A stretch of 64,000 nucleotides of DNA from Paragordius varius (Eukaryota > Animalia > Nematomorpha), in assembly GCA_964247055.1 (NCBI GenBank), contig OZ176054.1, forward strand, positions 13,330,001 through 13,394,000, read 5' to 3'. The stretch's first letter is position 1. The number at the start of each line of letters is the position of its first letter. A program made the position numbers and the translations under genes. The notes beneath the pieces are model-generated. The model was given only the letters and a program-made list of their open reading frames with translations, was not told the origin of the DNA and ran no database searches. Below are positions 37,869 through 51,117 of this stretch, piece after piece.

Positions 37869-38664
37869 TTATGATGAGGATGATTCACTGCTTGAATCCG
37901 AAGAACTTGTAGAACTTTTACTACTCGAACTACTTGTTGTGCTACTTGAAGAACTCTTCGATGATGGGACTTTGCCTTTAACTTTTTGATTACTCTTTAA
38001 AGTGTTGCTTTTTTCACTCGAAGTTGTTGAAGTCACTGAGGAATTTGAAGATTTTTTCTTAACAATGTTTTCTTTCTTTTCTTGAGGTTGTTTTTTGCCA
38101 TTCTTTTGAGCCAATGGTGGGGGCTTTTGTGAATCCTTTTTTGTTGTTGGGAGAACTTTTGATTTTAAAGGTAAACCTTGATTAGTACTAGGGGTAGAAA
38201 TAGAGACGGGTTTATTGGCTAAATGTTTGCTTTCAACATTATCACATGGCAGTGGGACTGGTAATTTATCGCTAGTTTTTATTTTTTAGCAGCGGCACTT
38301 GAAAGGCTTTCTGCATCATTCACTTCTGTTTGCGTTTCTGTTGTTGAAGTGGACTCTGACGAAGATGAAGAGCTTGATGTTGTCAGAACTTTTGGCTCCT
38401 TAACTTGGTCTGTTTTCGTCTCAGAGAGCGCTGATGTTTCGTTTTTATCCAATTTAACTGATGAGATGGGTGATTGGAAATTATTGTCAATTGTAACATC
38501 TGGTTTCTTTCCATTTTCGAGGAGTGAAGGGGTGGAATCCATATGACCATTAGTTTGTATTGTCGAATCATTATTTATTTCACCTAAATCCTGTGGAAAT
38601 GCAAAATATATATTTATACATACACATTTATAATCAGCTGCTTGGAGCATTTTAGTTTGGGCAT
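37869..38664 (-). pseudogene. Lys/Ser-rich gene, copy B; 1-nt frameshift near 38280
   Basis: gctagtttttattttttagc versus gctagtttttaattttttagc in copy A splits the ORF (38279-38689 / 37869-38114). This lies beside homopolymers, so it could be a sequencing error. Confidence 0.55.
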
Positions 38665-39078
38665 TTGTTATTTTTATATGCCGTAACAAAACATATTTTA
38701 AAGATATTTTTACTCAAATAGGCTTAAACAATTCTAAAAATTAAATTTTTACCAAAAGTAAGTTTTTGCAAAAATATTTTTTAATAATCTAGCACAAAAT
38801 TTATTGCGCATCGGCACTTTTGCGTTTATCGGAAAACTGCGTATGAAACGTTCGAAGGTATAAATTGAAGCCACACACAAAACATCAATTTATATTATCA
38901 CCTTGCTTGTTAAAATAAAGCAGTTAGTTTTCACCCAAAATAGTTAATTTAATGTGCACTGTTATTTTAAGTGTTAGTATTAGAAAATTGATAATCAAAC
39001 CGCGGCCCACGCGCTGCATAAAACCAAAGGGTCTTTTATGACGCTAAAAAATTCATTCAATTTTTTATTAACATTTTA

Positions 39079-39349
39079 TAGTAAAAACTGAAATTATACG
39101 GACAAAAGGTAAAAATATAAAGACAAATATTTTTTTCAAACCTTATTGTTTCCCATATAAGCTATTAAATTACGATTGTTATATAGAATTGATGATTCTC
39201 ACCAATTACATATCAATTTTATAAATTGCAATTTGAAACAATGAGTTATATTTTAAAAAATGGAGTTTAAAATAATATGGTTTTCTTTCTAAAAAAAATA
39301 TTTGTCATTATATTTTTACATTTTGTCCGTATAAATCCAATTTTTACTG
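39079..39349. mobile_element. MITE family 1 insertion absent from copy A
   Basis: TA-flanked palindrome. Empty site ttaacattttatgg at ~14955; the same insertion, truncated, is at ~46358-46560. Confidence 0.85.
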
Positions 39350-39667
39350 TATGGTTCGCGGCCCTTAAGGCAGGAAAAAAATTCTTTAGTTGGCCTCCAT
39401 TAAAATTTTTTGGTGTACTATAGAGTGTAATTCTTAATGCTTGACTGGGTAAAAACTAAAAGCAACATTATTATTCTAAATATTATTTGACGATATTTAT
39501 TTTTTTCCAATTTTGCGCACCAATATAATGGCCATTCAAATAGTGGTCACACAAGTCCCTAAAAATTGTCAGGTTTTAAGAGTTTCAATCTGGCAAAGGT
39601 ATTTAATTAGGCATATATATATTAACCATTGTTACCATAACTTATCTGATTTTTTGTAATCAAATTA

Positions 39668-39956
39668 CAGCAAAAACTGAAATATATGGACAAAAGGCGT
39701 ATATACATAAAGACAAATGTTTTTTTTCTAAAAGTCAACCATACTTTTTCAATCTTGATTGCTTAAATATAACTAATGGTTTTAAACTGCAAAGTAAAAA
39801 CGATATGTAGATCGGTAAAACAATCAATTATATATTTTAAAATGTAGTTACATAATTTATGTGAAAAAAGTTAGGTTTAAAAAGTATGGTTGTTTTTTCA
39901 AAAAATATTTGTTTTTATATTTTTACGTTTTGTCCGTATACTTTCAACTTTTACTG
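39668..39956. mobile_element. MITE family 1 (orthologous to 15315-15584)
   Basis: CAGCAAAAACTGAAAT ... TTTTACTG|TA. Confidence 0.8.
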
Positions 39957-40449
39957 TAACTATATAATTGGAAACGTTAAAAATCATATTCATACTTATT
40001 ATTTTAGATTATATCTATATACTACGAAAAAAAATAATTTAAATTCAGGTCGACCCTAAATTGCAATAAATAAACAATTGGTTATAAAGGGAACAAAAAG
40101 CTAAAAAAATAATTTGAAAGTAAAATAGATAGAATCTTAATTTTGTCATCTGTAATTTTATTATTGTACATGTGTCAATAAACCCTGGAATATATGTGTT
40201 ATTCATTTGTTATACAGTAATTAAAATTGAAATAATATAAAGACAAATATTTTTTTCAAAACTAACTAACTTATTTAAACTTTATTTCCCTACATAAATA
40301 ATATAATTACTATTGTTGTAAAATATATAATAGATTATGTGTTACCAATCTTTATTTCCTACTTTATAATTTGAACAATGAATTATATATATATTAAAAA
40401 AATCAAGTTTACAGCGATCTTATAAAAAAAATATTTGTCCGTATATTTA

Positions 40450-42743
40450 CGATAAAATTCATTACTTCCTGGTAAGTAAATATGTATGTATGTTTTTATT
40501 CGATCGGATTCGGTGGATCTATGCATGTATATATTTAAGTAGTAAAGTCTTTGTGATGTTGTCTCGTATCATCATTGAATATGCCTGCATGTTCCTGTGG
40601 TGTTGTCTCGTATCATCATTGAATATGCTAACATGTCTCTGTGGTGTTGTTTCGTATCATCATTAATCATGCATACATGTCTCTGTGGTGTTGTTGCGAA
40701 TCATCATTGAACATACATACATGTCTCTGTGGTGTTGTTTCGTATCATCATTAAAATACATGCATGTCTCTGTGGTGTTGTTTCGTATCATCATTGAACA
40801 TGCTTACATGTCTCTGTGGTGTTGTTTCGTATCATCATTAATTGCATACACGTCTCTGTGGTGTTGTCTCGTATCATCATTGAACATACATACATAGCTG
40901 TAATGCATGATTTATACCGTTTATTATTCAAATTTACTCTAAAAGAAATTATGTGTTTAGCAGCTAACATAACTCTTCACATGAAATATATTCTTATGGG
41001 GCATAGTTTATTATCTTTTCAGTATTATATTAATTTTAAACGAAATTTGATATTTTAAAAATAAATAAAAATATAGGTAATGTTTTATCTTGAAAAATAC
41101 ACAATTTATTTTTTAGGGTTTTGAATTGTTTAAGGGTGATTTTGAATTGTTTAAGGGAGAATTTGATTGTTTGGTGAAAACTTTAAATGGTATAAAATCT
41201 TGATTATTGGTTGATGAGTTCTTTAATTCTTAATTGGGAAAATAGTTGCATACGGTATAAAAATATGTCAATAATAATAATTGTATTTTTACAAATATAT
41301 ATTATTTAAACATGAAACCACGAGAACTATCAGATTTGCTGACATATATTAGTTTTGCCATTAATAATTTAAAAGATCCATATCATCAATAATATAGCTG
41401 TTTACTGTATAAATATATGAGGATCAATTGAAAAAAAATATTTTTTTTACTTTTTGCATACAGAATAGGGCATTGGGCGATATTGACTTAGATGAGGTTC
41501 GAATGACTGTCAGATACTTAACTATAAGGGCTTTTAAAATTCTCTCAAACAAAGATATGAGGAACGTAAAAAAATAGATAAAAACATCATTAAAACAACA
41601 TTTCAATCACCTGATAATAGTACGTTGTTATGGGAAGAAATGATCGAGTTTATAACATTACAAGAAAATAATTATGAAATGTTGATTAAAATTATATCAA
41701 ACATTTTCTGTTTGCTTTTACGATTACATAATCATCAAACTGGTCTCATAACCCCAAGGATTGGACATTTGCTAGAAAATATGGCCCTCACATCTTGAAA
41801 CATTATTCAAAATTATCTCAAGGCGAGTCAACAAGTATTGAAAGAGAAAATCTTTTTAAGTAAGTTCCTGTATATGTTCTAAATTGTCCATTTTAGGTTA
41901 ATTGTTTTATAAGGAATTTTTATAAAATATGTAAAATTTCGATCGATACTTACTAAAAATTTGGTTATTTGCTAAAAAACGAAAAAATAATTAACTATAA
42001 ACACCTATTACTTTATAAGCAGCGAAAAGTCTCTTAAAGAAGGGGGGGGGGGGCTTTGCTAAATTTATTTACAGTAAAAAATGAAATTATACAAAATGTT
42101 AAATATAAAGACAATATTCTTTTCTAAAGGACAAATATTTGTAAACCTTAACTATCCTAGATATAACTCACTGTTTTGAACTGTAATTATAAAATAAAAC
42201 GCTTTATATTTTTACGTTTTTCCATATAATTTCAGTTTTTACTGTATATGTTTACACACAGGATACCTAATCCATTGTTTGAGAGTGTAACTCTACAAGA
42301 ATGTCAAGATATTTTGAAAGAAAAACCACTTTCATCCGACATTTTCTGACAATTGTCAAATGGTGACAGATTTTCAAATTGATTCCAACGCAAAAATTTA
42401 CGGAAACCAGGCAACATTGTTCAATACAGCCCTAAATCCCACGATACTATGTGAGGAGTGTTTGAAGCCCTTTATATTTTCCATGCTAACTTTTGGTATA
42501 TTTGTATATTATAATAATAATATTGAATAAATAAGTTATATATCGTCGATTTTTGTGGGAAGGGGGCGCATTATATTTTAGCATAGAATATATAAAGGTA
42601 AATGGATATGGTATATATTATAAGAGATAAGTAGTCTTTTGATTTTCAAATTGGGCTTTTTATTTTAGAAAAAGATTTTTACCCTGAAATTTTCGCTTTT
42701 TAAATCAAAATAGTCCTTTAAATTTAATTAAATTTGAAACTCC

Positions 42744-42779
<36 letters not shown>

Positions 42780-43468
42780 TTTACGCATATGTAGAGATAT
42801 TGCCTTTGAGTTTAGTTGTAGACGAATGCCACACCACTGCAAAACCAGAAAAGTTTGATTTCAATCATTTTGAAATGGGAAATAATGGGACAGCGCATTA
42901 TGTTAATATCTTGCCTGATATAATGTTGTCTCAATGTAAGAATTGTAAACAGGTATACATTGTTTTACAATAAAATTGATGTTTTTTTCGTTTAAAAACT
43001 CCAACGATTTTATAGAGCAACAGTTTTAATAAAGTCCACATTTTTCAATTTGAAATTTTATGGACAAAACGTAAAATTATAAAGAAATTTTTATCAAAAA
43101 GTCAACCATACTTTTTAAATAACTCATTTTTTGAATTGCAACGTATAGAGATGTATATTGGTAACACCAATATCATGTGTTTTACCATTGTAAAAAAATG
43201 ATTTATATAGGATTCATTAAGGTTTAAAAAAGTATGGGTTTTTTTCGAAAAGATTTGTCCTTATATTATTACTTTTTGTCCGTATATTATTTTAATTTTT
43301 ACTGTAAGACACAATGGTTATTAAATATTTTTTATATGTTTTTAGAATGTAAAAAATTGCTAATTTTTTATATTAAATCTTTATCTATGAATGTTGTAAT
43401 GGGAATTTTATTTGATTCAACACAAACAATGTCCGTTTTGTAAAATGTTGCATGAAAAAATCCAATAA
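40450..43468 (+). pseudogene. IFT122: Partial IFT122-like duplicate (3' exons only, B')
   Basis: Starts mid-exon (gataaaattcattacttcctg|gtaag). Premature stop (..NVKK* near 41575), 2-nt loss near 42348, deletion of the last-exon acceptor and first codons near 43398, and a MITE at 42072-42244. Confidence 0.85.
40547..40893. repeat. Intronic ~44-bp minisatellite, ~8 units
   Basis: Same unit as 10383-10552; ORFs 40685 and 40816 are by-products of the repeat. Confidence 0.9.
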
Positions 43469-43556
43469 ATTTATTATGCCCATTTAAAATCAGAATAAAC
43501 AAATTATAACATATATTTGTTGAGACTAAATAATTTTGGTTAAAAGCAGATATATA

Positions 43557-44782
43557 CAGTATGAATACATATATATTGCTAGAAAGGTATTGCCAAATAT
43601 ACCATTTGCACTTCAAGAGTGTCCTTGAACATTTCAAGTTGGTCCTTTGACTTTTTCGTTTTGTTTTAATTTTTATCAATCAAATCGTAAATAATTCATC
43701 TATTTTATTGTTTTTAACCAATTTTCTATAATTTAACATAAATTTTAAATCGATATCAACTTTTAATCTTTGAGAAACCGTATATCTTTATAAATTTCTT
43801 AAAATAATTTTGGATAAAGATTTTGACAGGAAATTAATATATAAGTTTTCTGAATTATTAATTAAAATTTTTCAAACATTTAAAAGTCAATAATTTTGTT
43901 TAATTGAAAAAAAAATAGTTTAAAACAATAAAATGAATTTTTCAATCAAAATTTTTATTTTTATCTGAATAAATATATAATAAATAAAGAAAATTAGGTT
44001 AATAAAATAAAATAATAAATGCTTATGGTTAAATTAAAATTTATAAATTTTTAGGACCAACTTGAAGTGTTCAAGGACCAACTTGAAATGTTCAAGGACC
44101 AACTTGAACTGTTCAAAGACCAACTTGAACTCTTCAAGGCTAACCTAAAACTGTTAAAGGACCAACTTGAAGTGTTCAAGGACCAACTTGAAATGTTCAA
44201 GGACCAACTTGAACTGTTCAAGGACCAACTTGAAATGTTCAAGGACCAACTTGAACTGTTCAAAGACCAACTTGAACTCTTCAAGGCTAACCTAAAACTG
44301 TTAAAGGACCAACTTGAAGTGTTCAAGGACCAACTTGAAATGTTCAAGGACCAACTTGAACTGTTCAAGGACCAACTTGAAATGTTCAAGGACCAACTTG
44401 AAATGTTCAAGGACCAACTTGAACTGTTCAAGGACCAACTTGAAATGTTCAAGGACCAACTTGAACTGTTCAAAGACCAACTTGAACTCTTCAAGGCTAA
44501 CCTAAAACTGTTCAAGGACCAACTTGAAGTGTTCAAGGACCAACTTGAAATGTTCAAGGACCAACTTGAACTGTTCAAGGACCAACTGAACTGTTCAAGG
44601 ACCAACTTGAAGTGTTCAAGGACAATCTTGAAGTGCAAATGGTATAGTAATACAACAAAGGGGGCAGTATTATTGATTTATAGCTATTTATTTCACATAT
44701 TGTTAGCCAATAATACTGCCCTTTGTTATATTTATTATTTATCGATAATTAATAACTTTCTATCAATTTCGTACTCATGCTG
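43557..44782. mobile_element. MITE family 4 (CAGTATGA(A/G)TAC TIR) with nested MITE family 2 (43600-44644)
   Basis: The outer palindromic arms pair across the insertion. The inner element is TA|TACCATTTGCACTTCAAGA ... TCTTGAAGTGCAAATGGTA|TA. The same nested pair is at 62574-63304. Confidence 0.85.
44053..44620. repeat. 21-bp tandem array (aggaccaacttgaa(a/c/g)tgttca), ~27 units, subterminal in MITE family 2
   Basis: Direct tandem units with a variant doublet (aagaccaacttgaactcttca/aggctaacctaaaactgtt) recurring three times. Other family copies carry only 1-4 units. Confidence 0.95.
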
Positions 44783-45215
44783 TATATAATTGACTAAATG
44801 GAAGTGTTATAAATGCAACTAAATATATAATAATAAAACTATAAGTATGCAAAAAAATATAAAAATGACTTAATTTTAGTTTTTATCCAAAATTCACTTT
44901 TCTCTATGAAAGCAAATGAAATTGGTGGTATTTCCCTATTCCGTAACCCAAATTGATACTTAAAAAAGTTTGTTTTTTATTTTCCGCAACTTAAAAAAAC
45001 GATTGATAAAAGTGCGGCGGTTAGATAATATATACAAAAATATCAGCCATTTAATCTCTTAGTATTAATGTATTTTAATTTAAAATTTTAAATTCAAAAC
45101 GATAGTTACAAATATTTAGTGGCTAAAAATATCGCTTTCTTTATAAAAAATCTCAGTATTTAATTTTAAGGTCATTTAAAAATTTTTTATTGTGTAATAA
45201 GTGTTTACAAATAAA

Positions 45216-45885
45216 TTATGATGATTCACTGCTTGAATCCAAAGAACTTGAAGTACTCTTACTTGCACTCGAACTACTACTTGTGCTACTTGAAGAACTC
45301 TTCGATGATGGGACTTTGCCTTTAGCTTTTTTATTCCTCTTTGAAGTGCTACTTTTATCACTCGAAGTTGTTGAAGTCACTGAGGAAGTTGAAGATTTTT
45401 TCTTAACAATTTTTTCTTTCTTTTCTTGATTTTGGTTTCTACATTATCACATGGCAGTGAGACTGGTATTTTATCGCTAGTTTTTAATTTTTTAGCAGCG
45501 GCACTTGAAAGGCTTTCTGCATCATTCACTTCTGTTTGCGTTTCTGTTGTTGAAGTGGACTCTGACGAAGATGAAGAACTTGATGGTGTCAGAACTTTTG
45601 CTTGAGGTTCCTTAACTTTGGCTGTTTTTATCTCTGAGAGCGCTGATGTTTCGTTTTTATCCAATTTATCTGATGAGATAGGTGATTGGGAATTACCATT
45701 GAGACTAGTCTCATCATCAAGTTTCTTTCCATTTTCAAGGAGGGAAGGGGTGGAGTCCATATGACCATTAGTGTGAATTGTTGTCGAATCATTATTTATT
45801 TCACCTAAATCCTGTGGAAATGCAAAACATATATTTATACATACACATTTATAATCAGCTGCTTGGCGCATTTTAGTTTGGGCAT
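45216..45885 (-). pseudogene. Lys/Ser-rich gene, copy B'; internal deletion with frameshift
   Basis: DNVE is joined directly to the KK-rich block near 45430, and the Ser-rich tail is out of frame (ORFs 45377-45871 and 45190-45429). Confidence 0.75.
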
Positions 45886-46560
45886 TTATTATCTTTATAT
45901 GCCGTTATTTTTGACATTCTAAGAGCCTGACATATATATTTTAAAATTACCATAAAAAATTTTTGTAAAAATTAAATTTATACCCAAAGTAGGTTTTTTC
46001 AAAAAATATTTTTTAATATTATTGCGTATCGGCACTTTTGCGTTTATCGGAAAACTGCGTATGAAACGTTCGATGGTATAAAATTTTGAAGCCATACACA
46101 AAAAAATCAATTTTATATTACCTTGCTTGGTAAAATAAAGCAGTTACTTTTCACCCAAAATAGTTAATTTAATGTGCACTAATTTTGTTATTTTAAGTTA
46201 GTATTAGAGGATTGATAATCAAACCGCGGCCCACGCGTATACAACCAAAGGGCCTTTTATGGCGCTAAAAAATTCATTCAATTTTTTAATGTACCTTTTT
46301 ATTAAAATAAAATATCCACGTGTTTAAATGAGCTGTGCAATATTTGTTAACATTTTACAGTAAACTGAAATTATACGGACAAAACGTAAAAATATAAAGA
46401 CAAATAAAAAGACAACCATACTTTTTCATACCTTAATTTTTCCCATATAAGATATTTAATTACAATGAATATATATAAAATTGATTGTGTCACCAATTAT
46501 ATATCAATTTTATGAATTGCAATTTGAAACAATGAGTTATATTTTAAAAAATGGAGTTAA

Positions 46561-48060
46561 TTTTGAAAACTGTGACAAGTTTGGGGCCTGAGATGGAGAA
46601 TAAAATATGCATGCCCTTTTAACATAAAAAATAGATTCCTAAGGCTTTATATTAGTCCCATATTATATGGAAATATTCATCTATACCTACCTAAAGGGTT
46701 TATCAAATGTTATTTATACAAATAAGCAACCCATGTTTTAAAAAATTAGACATTTTTGTTACAGTTTATTAATTTAAAAAACCCCTAAACAAAACACTTT
46801 TACAAAATATTTGATTTTTTTTGATTAAAAGATTATTACGGTCAGCCCTCTGGCGATTATTAAAGCTTTCTCATGTTCTGATACAATTTTAGTCCTTATT
46901 CTTTAACGCAAAAGGAGAAAAGAGAATATTAACGGTCTATTTTTTGTTATTAAATACCAGCTCATTATGTATGTTTAGCTATCTGCACAGTATAACCATT
47001 TTTAGATCATGATGAAAAACTAGCCGACTGCTCAAAATTTTAAGTATATAAAATCTTTTATAAAGCTAGCCTTATCCAAAGTTATAACATAAACTACATT
47101 TTTGTAAAATATGGCAGTGATTATATTCGGCCAATACACAAAATAATATCATTCTTAGCTTCTAAAACCTAGGCAAACAATTAAAATTATCAATGTAGAT
47201 ACAAAAACTTCGTATTAACCTGTTTAATAAATCAGTTATAGTTAGATAATTCAAAAAATTGTTTAACAATTTGAAAAGAAAAAGGAATGTTAAGATATCT
47301 GTAACATAATCTCTAAATTTCGTAAGCTTTTTCAACACACAAAAGAGATGACTGAGTGTTGGACTATTTGTCTGGTCGTTGTCACTAAACACTCCAGCTT
47401 TTTTTTATACAATATATAAGCACTCAACCAACGTAACAATTAAATGACATTTCTAATGAAAATTGCTATCCTCCCTAAAATTACAGATAAAACAGCCTCA
47501 AGACTATTGATATTGTTTTTCAAGTATACTTTGCATATATATAATATAACAGGAGATAAATGTGTCTGTGTTTATATGTACACAATCCCACAACCAAGAA
47601 ACTCAACAAGATAAATATCCAGACTGTCTGAAGTCAAATTAAAGGTTATAAAAAAACAAAAAAAAAATCATCCTTTTTTTGCAACTTGTTATTGTGAAAT
47701 AGTTGATGAACTTATAAAAATACGCTCTCAAGTGGGTGTATAGATGGCAAGAGAGGAGAATGATAGATGGCCTTTATTATTTTATGTATAGAAAAGGTTT
47801 CAGATATATAATAGGCTATGTTGATAAATTATTATAAATACATTGTTAACATATTTGTCATATTTTATCATGTCTACTCTGCATATACATTTATTGGTAA
47901 AATATAAATTTTAAAAAATTTGATTCAACACAGAGTTACGTCTATAAGTCCCGAATATGAAAATTGGCTAAAGATTATTATTAAATCAATTTTGACCATT
48001 TGTTATCTTTGTAGATAAAATGAGCCAATAGCATAAACGAATTGAACCGGCAATATCTCT
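46561..48060. other. Paralogue of the unresolved segment 22545-24030
   Basis: Colinear similarity, including an identical ~115-bp block (47581-~47695 = ~23535-23648). Confidence 0.3.
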
Positions 48061-48747
48061 AAATTTTATATTACAGAAATGTATACGGACGAACGTATAA
48101 ATATAAAGACAAATATTTTTTTTCGATATTTGTCAAATCATATTTTTATGATATAACCCATTGTTTATTCATACAGCAAAGTATAAAATAATGATGTAAA
48201 TTGGACAACATAAATTATGTATTTTATGATTAAAAAAAATTTTATCGAATAAATTTTTAAAATATAATTGTCTTTATAGGTTTACGTTTCCGTATAATTT
48301 TAATCATTGTAAGATATCTGTTAGGATTATTTTTAATTTATTCGCCGTATGATCACACAAGGAGAATGAAAATATACCTAATGGGTCAGTTCTCAGTGCT
48401 TTTATTGAGGCTCCAAGCCATTAAGAAATTATATCATTTTTTTAATATTTAGCAATCATCGGAAATTTTGCGCACATTTTAGTAATGGACAGAAAAATGC
48501 CAAAAACCAATTATTTAGGGAAACGACATCTTAAATTGTTGTAGTTAAAATATTTTTAGCTATTGTAATTAAATAATAGAATCGAAGAACCATTTGAACA
48601 AAACGCAATAGCCCGTTTATTCAAGTTATTCTCATTATAATTGTTAACGTGTGTAAAATATCAAAAATTAAAAACATAAATTCCATTTTACATTTTTCAA
48701 TCAAATATATTATTTGCTCTCATTTATTGTAGTATAAAATGGATCAA

Positions 48748-51041
48748 TTATTTAGATGGGTTAGAAGGATTGGCTAATAACAAGGCCTCTTTATGTTTCC
48801 TCTGTTGCTGTTGATAATTGAAAAACTTTAAACTATTCAAGGTGTATTGTTGATCAGTATGTTCGGTTACAATCGATTTATCATTATTGTTGATTACAAC
48901 AGTATAATCACCATTGTTATTTGAGTTGGTCAATACTTTGCAATCTAAAGCTGGTAAATATTGCTGTTTAGGTGGGACAACTGAATTAGAAGAAAAATAT
49001 GATTTGTTGTATTTTACTGGAATATCAAACAAACTTTTGGCATTTTTGCCTGCTGTGGTGGATAATAATGCTAAGTTTCCAGAAAAGTTTGTTGATACTC
49101 CCATGTTTTCGGTCTTGACTCCATTCAAATGTTTATTAGGGTTAGTTATTGAGGAAGACGCATTATTATAAGGTAAATGATTCAAGGAGCCAATATTAGA
49201 CATGTTTTGACCATTTCGTTCTTCACAAATTATGATGTCATACAAGGCACTCAAAATACTTCGACTCAGTATGGCGTCAACCTCGTTTTGGGTTAAATTT
49301 ATCCCCTTCAGAACATAATCGGTGTTAGCTGAGCTCTCAGTCAACATGATATCTTTATCGGTTATACCTAAAATGAATTAAAAATATATAATGATTACTC
49401 TCAAGTAAATTTATAATATTTTCTTTCGCCTATTAAAAACCCTTGTATATCATTTTATGCTTTTGACAATTAAATCGGATTAAATGTATAAAACCAAATG
49501 CGGTAAAAGTTTTAATGGAAAGAAAAGCAATAAGACAGCCATACTTTCTCTCCATAAATGTATTTAATTTCATAAAGATAACTGATAACATACATATAGT
49601 ATATAGTTCACAATAGTTATTTATTATAAAGCTATGTAAAAAATCAAGGTTTATAAATGTAATTCTGTTTTTTAAAATACATATTTTACATTTTGCTTTT
49701 AAAATTTAAATTACTGTGAAAATTATATAAAAAACTTTGACTCACCAACTACAATACAAGCATTTTGAACTTTCATACGTCCGCGCAAAGTTTCCAGCAT
49801 ATACTGATTATTTAAACCGCTGACTGTGTTTCTATCATTAACTATAAAGATTGTGGGTGTACTTATTCGATCAAGTCCATACAATTTGGGACCTCCGGCA
49901 AATATATTGATATTTTCTGTGGTTTCTTCTCCAGAGAGCTCAAACTTTTTATTTTTTATTGCATGATTTTTTTCCATTTCAGAGGATTGAGTATTTTGAG
50001 CTGAGATATTACTATTGGTGCTACAGAAATCGAATGGGAATCCCAAACAAATGAGTCCATCAAACTTTAGTTCAATACAAGCCTGATATGATATACATTA
50101 TAAAAAATGCGTTTATACATGTACTATATTGATTTTATTGTTTGAATAATGCTAGTTAACCGATAAGTACATATTATAATTAACCGATATAATTACATTT
50201 TTCAAAGTATACGCGAAGGTATTTACACACAGACGTGAGAAATATAAATAGCATTCTACTAATAAATAAAGCAATTTAACTGCTAATTAATTCTTTAAAT
50301 ATGGTATAAAGCACTCAACTACATAAACATTCTCGTGCTCAACGGTCCTAATTACATAATAGAGAAATTACAACTTTGATATCAGGGTTTTGTTAAAAAA
50401 CTTAGACTTTTATACTGCATATTTAAGGCCTTTTCTTATCACGTAAACTTAAAACAATTTTAAAAAATGCAAAATTGATTGTAAATAATCCTTAATTCTA
50501 TCTACCATCAACAAATTTAGTTTATTTGTGTTGTGTTGTAAAAAAACACTTTAACCAAATAACATTATCAGCACACTGAAAATATTTTATAAAACAAATT
50601 TGATAAGAATTTACATAAGCAGCAAAGAGTGAGGAGAGACCCCAAGACCATAAAATTGTACGCACATTAGAATTATTAATGCTTTTAGTATTGGCATTTG
50701 TTGAGACCTTTATTTTTCGTTTCATGAGATCTTTGAGTTTTTCTTTTAAACGATTCAAGTAAGTTGTCGTGAATGAGACCGAATCTTGACAACTCAATTC
50801 ATTGCCTTTGTTTGAATCTGTCACCCTACACAATGATTGAAAAAAGAAAGTTTAAATTAATGCCGTTTTTGATTTGAGAAAATTTTGCATTTTAACCTTT
50901 TGACATGAACAGTTTTAAAATATATGAATAATGTAGTTACATATATCCAGTTATGATATTTTTTATTAATAGAGAAAAATCATATCTCTAAAAAAATAAT
51001 ATGTTTTTAAGCCATAGAAATGTAATTTTTCATTTGTAATG

Positions 51042-51117
<76 letters not shown>

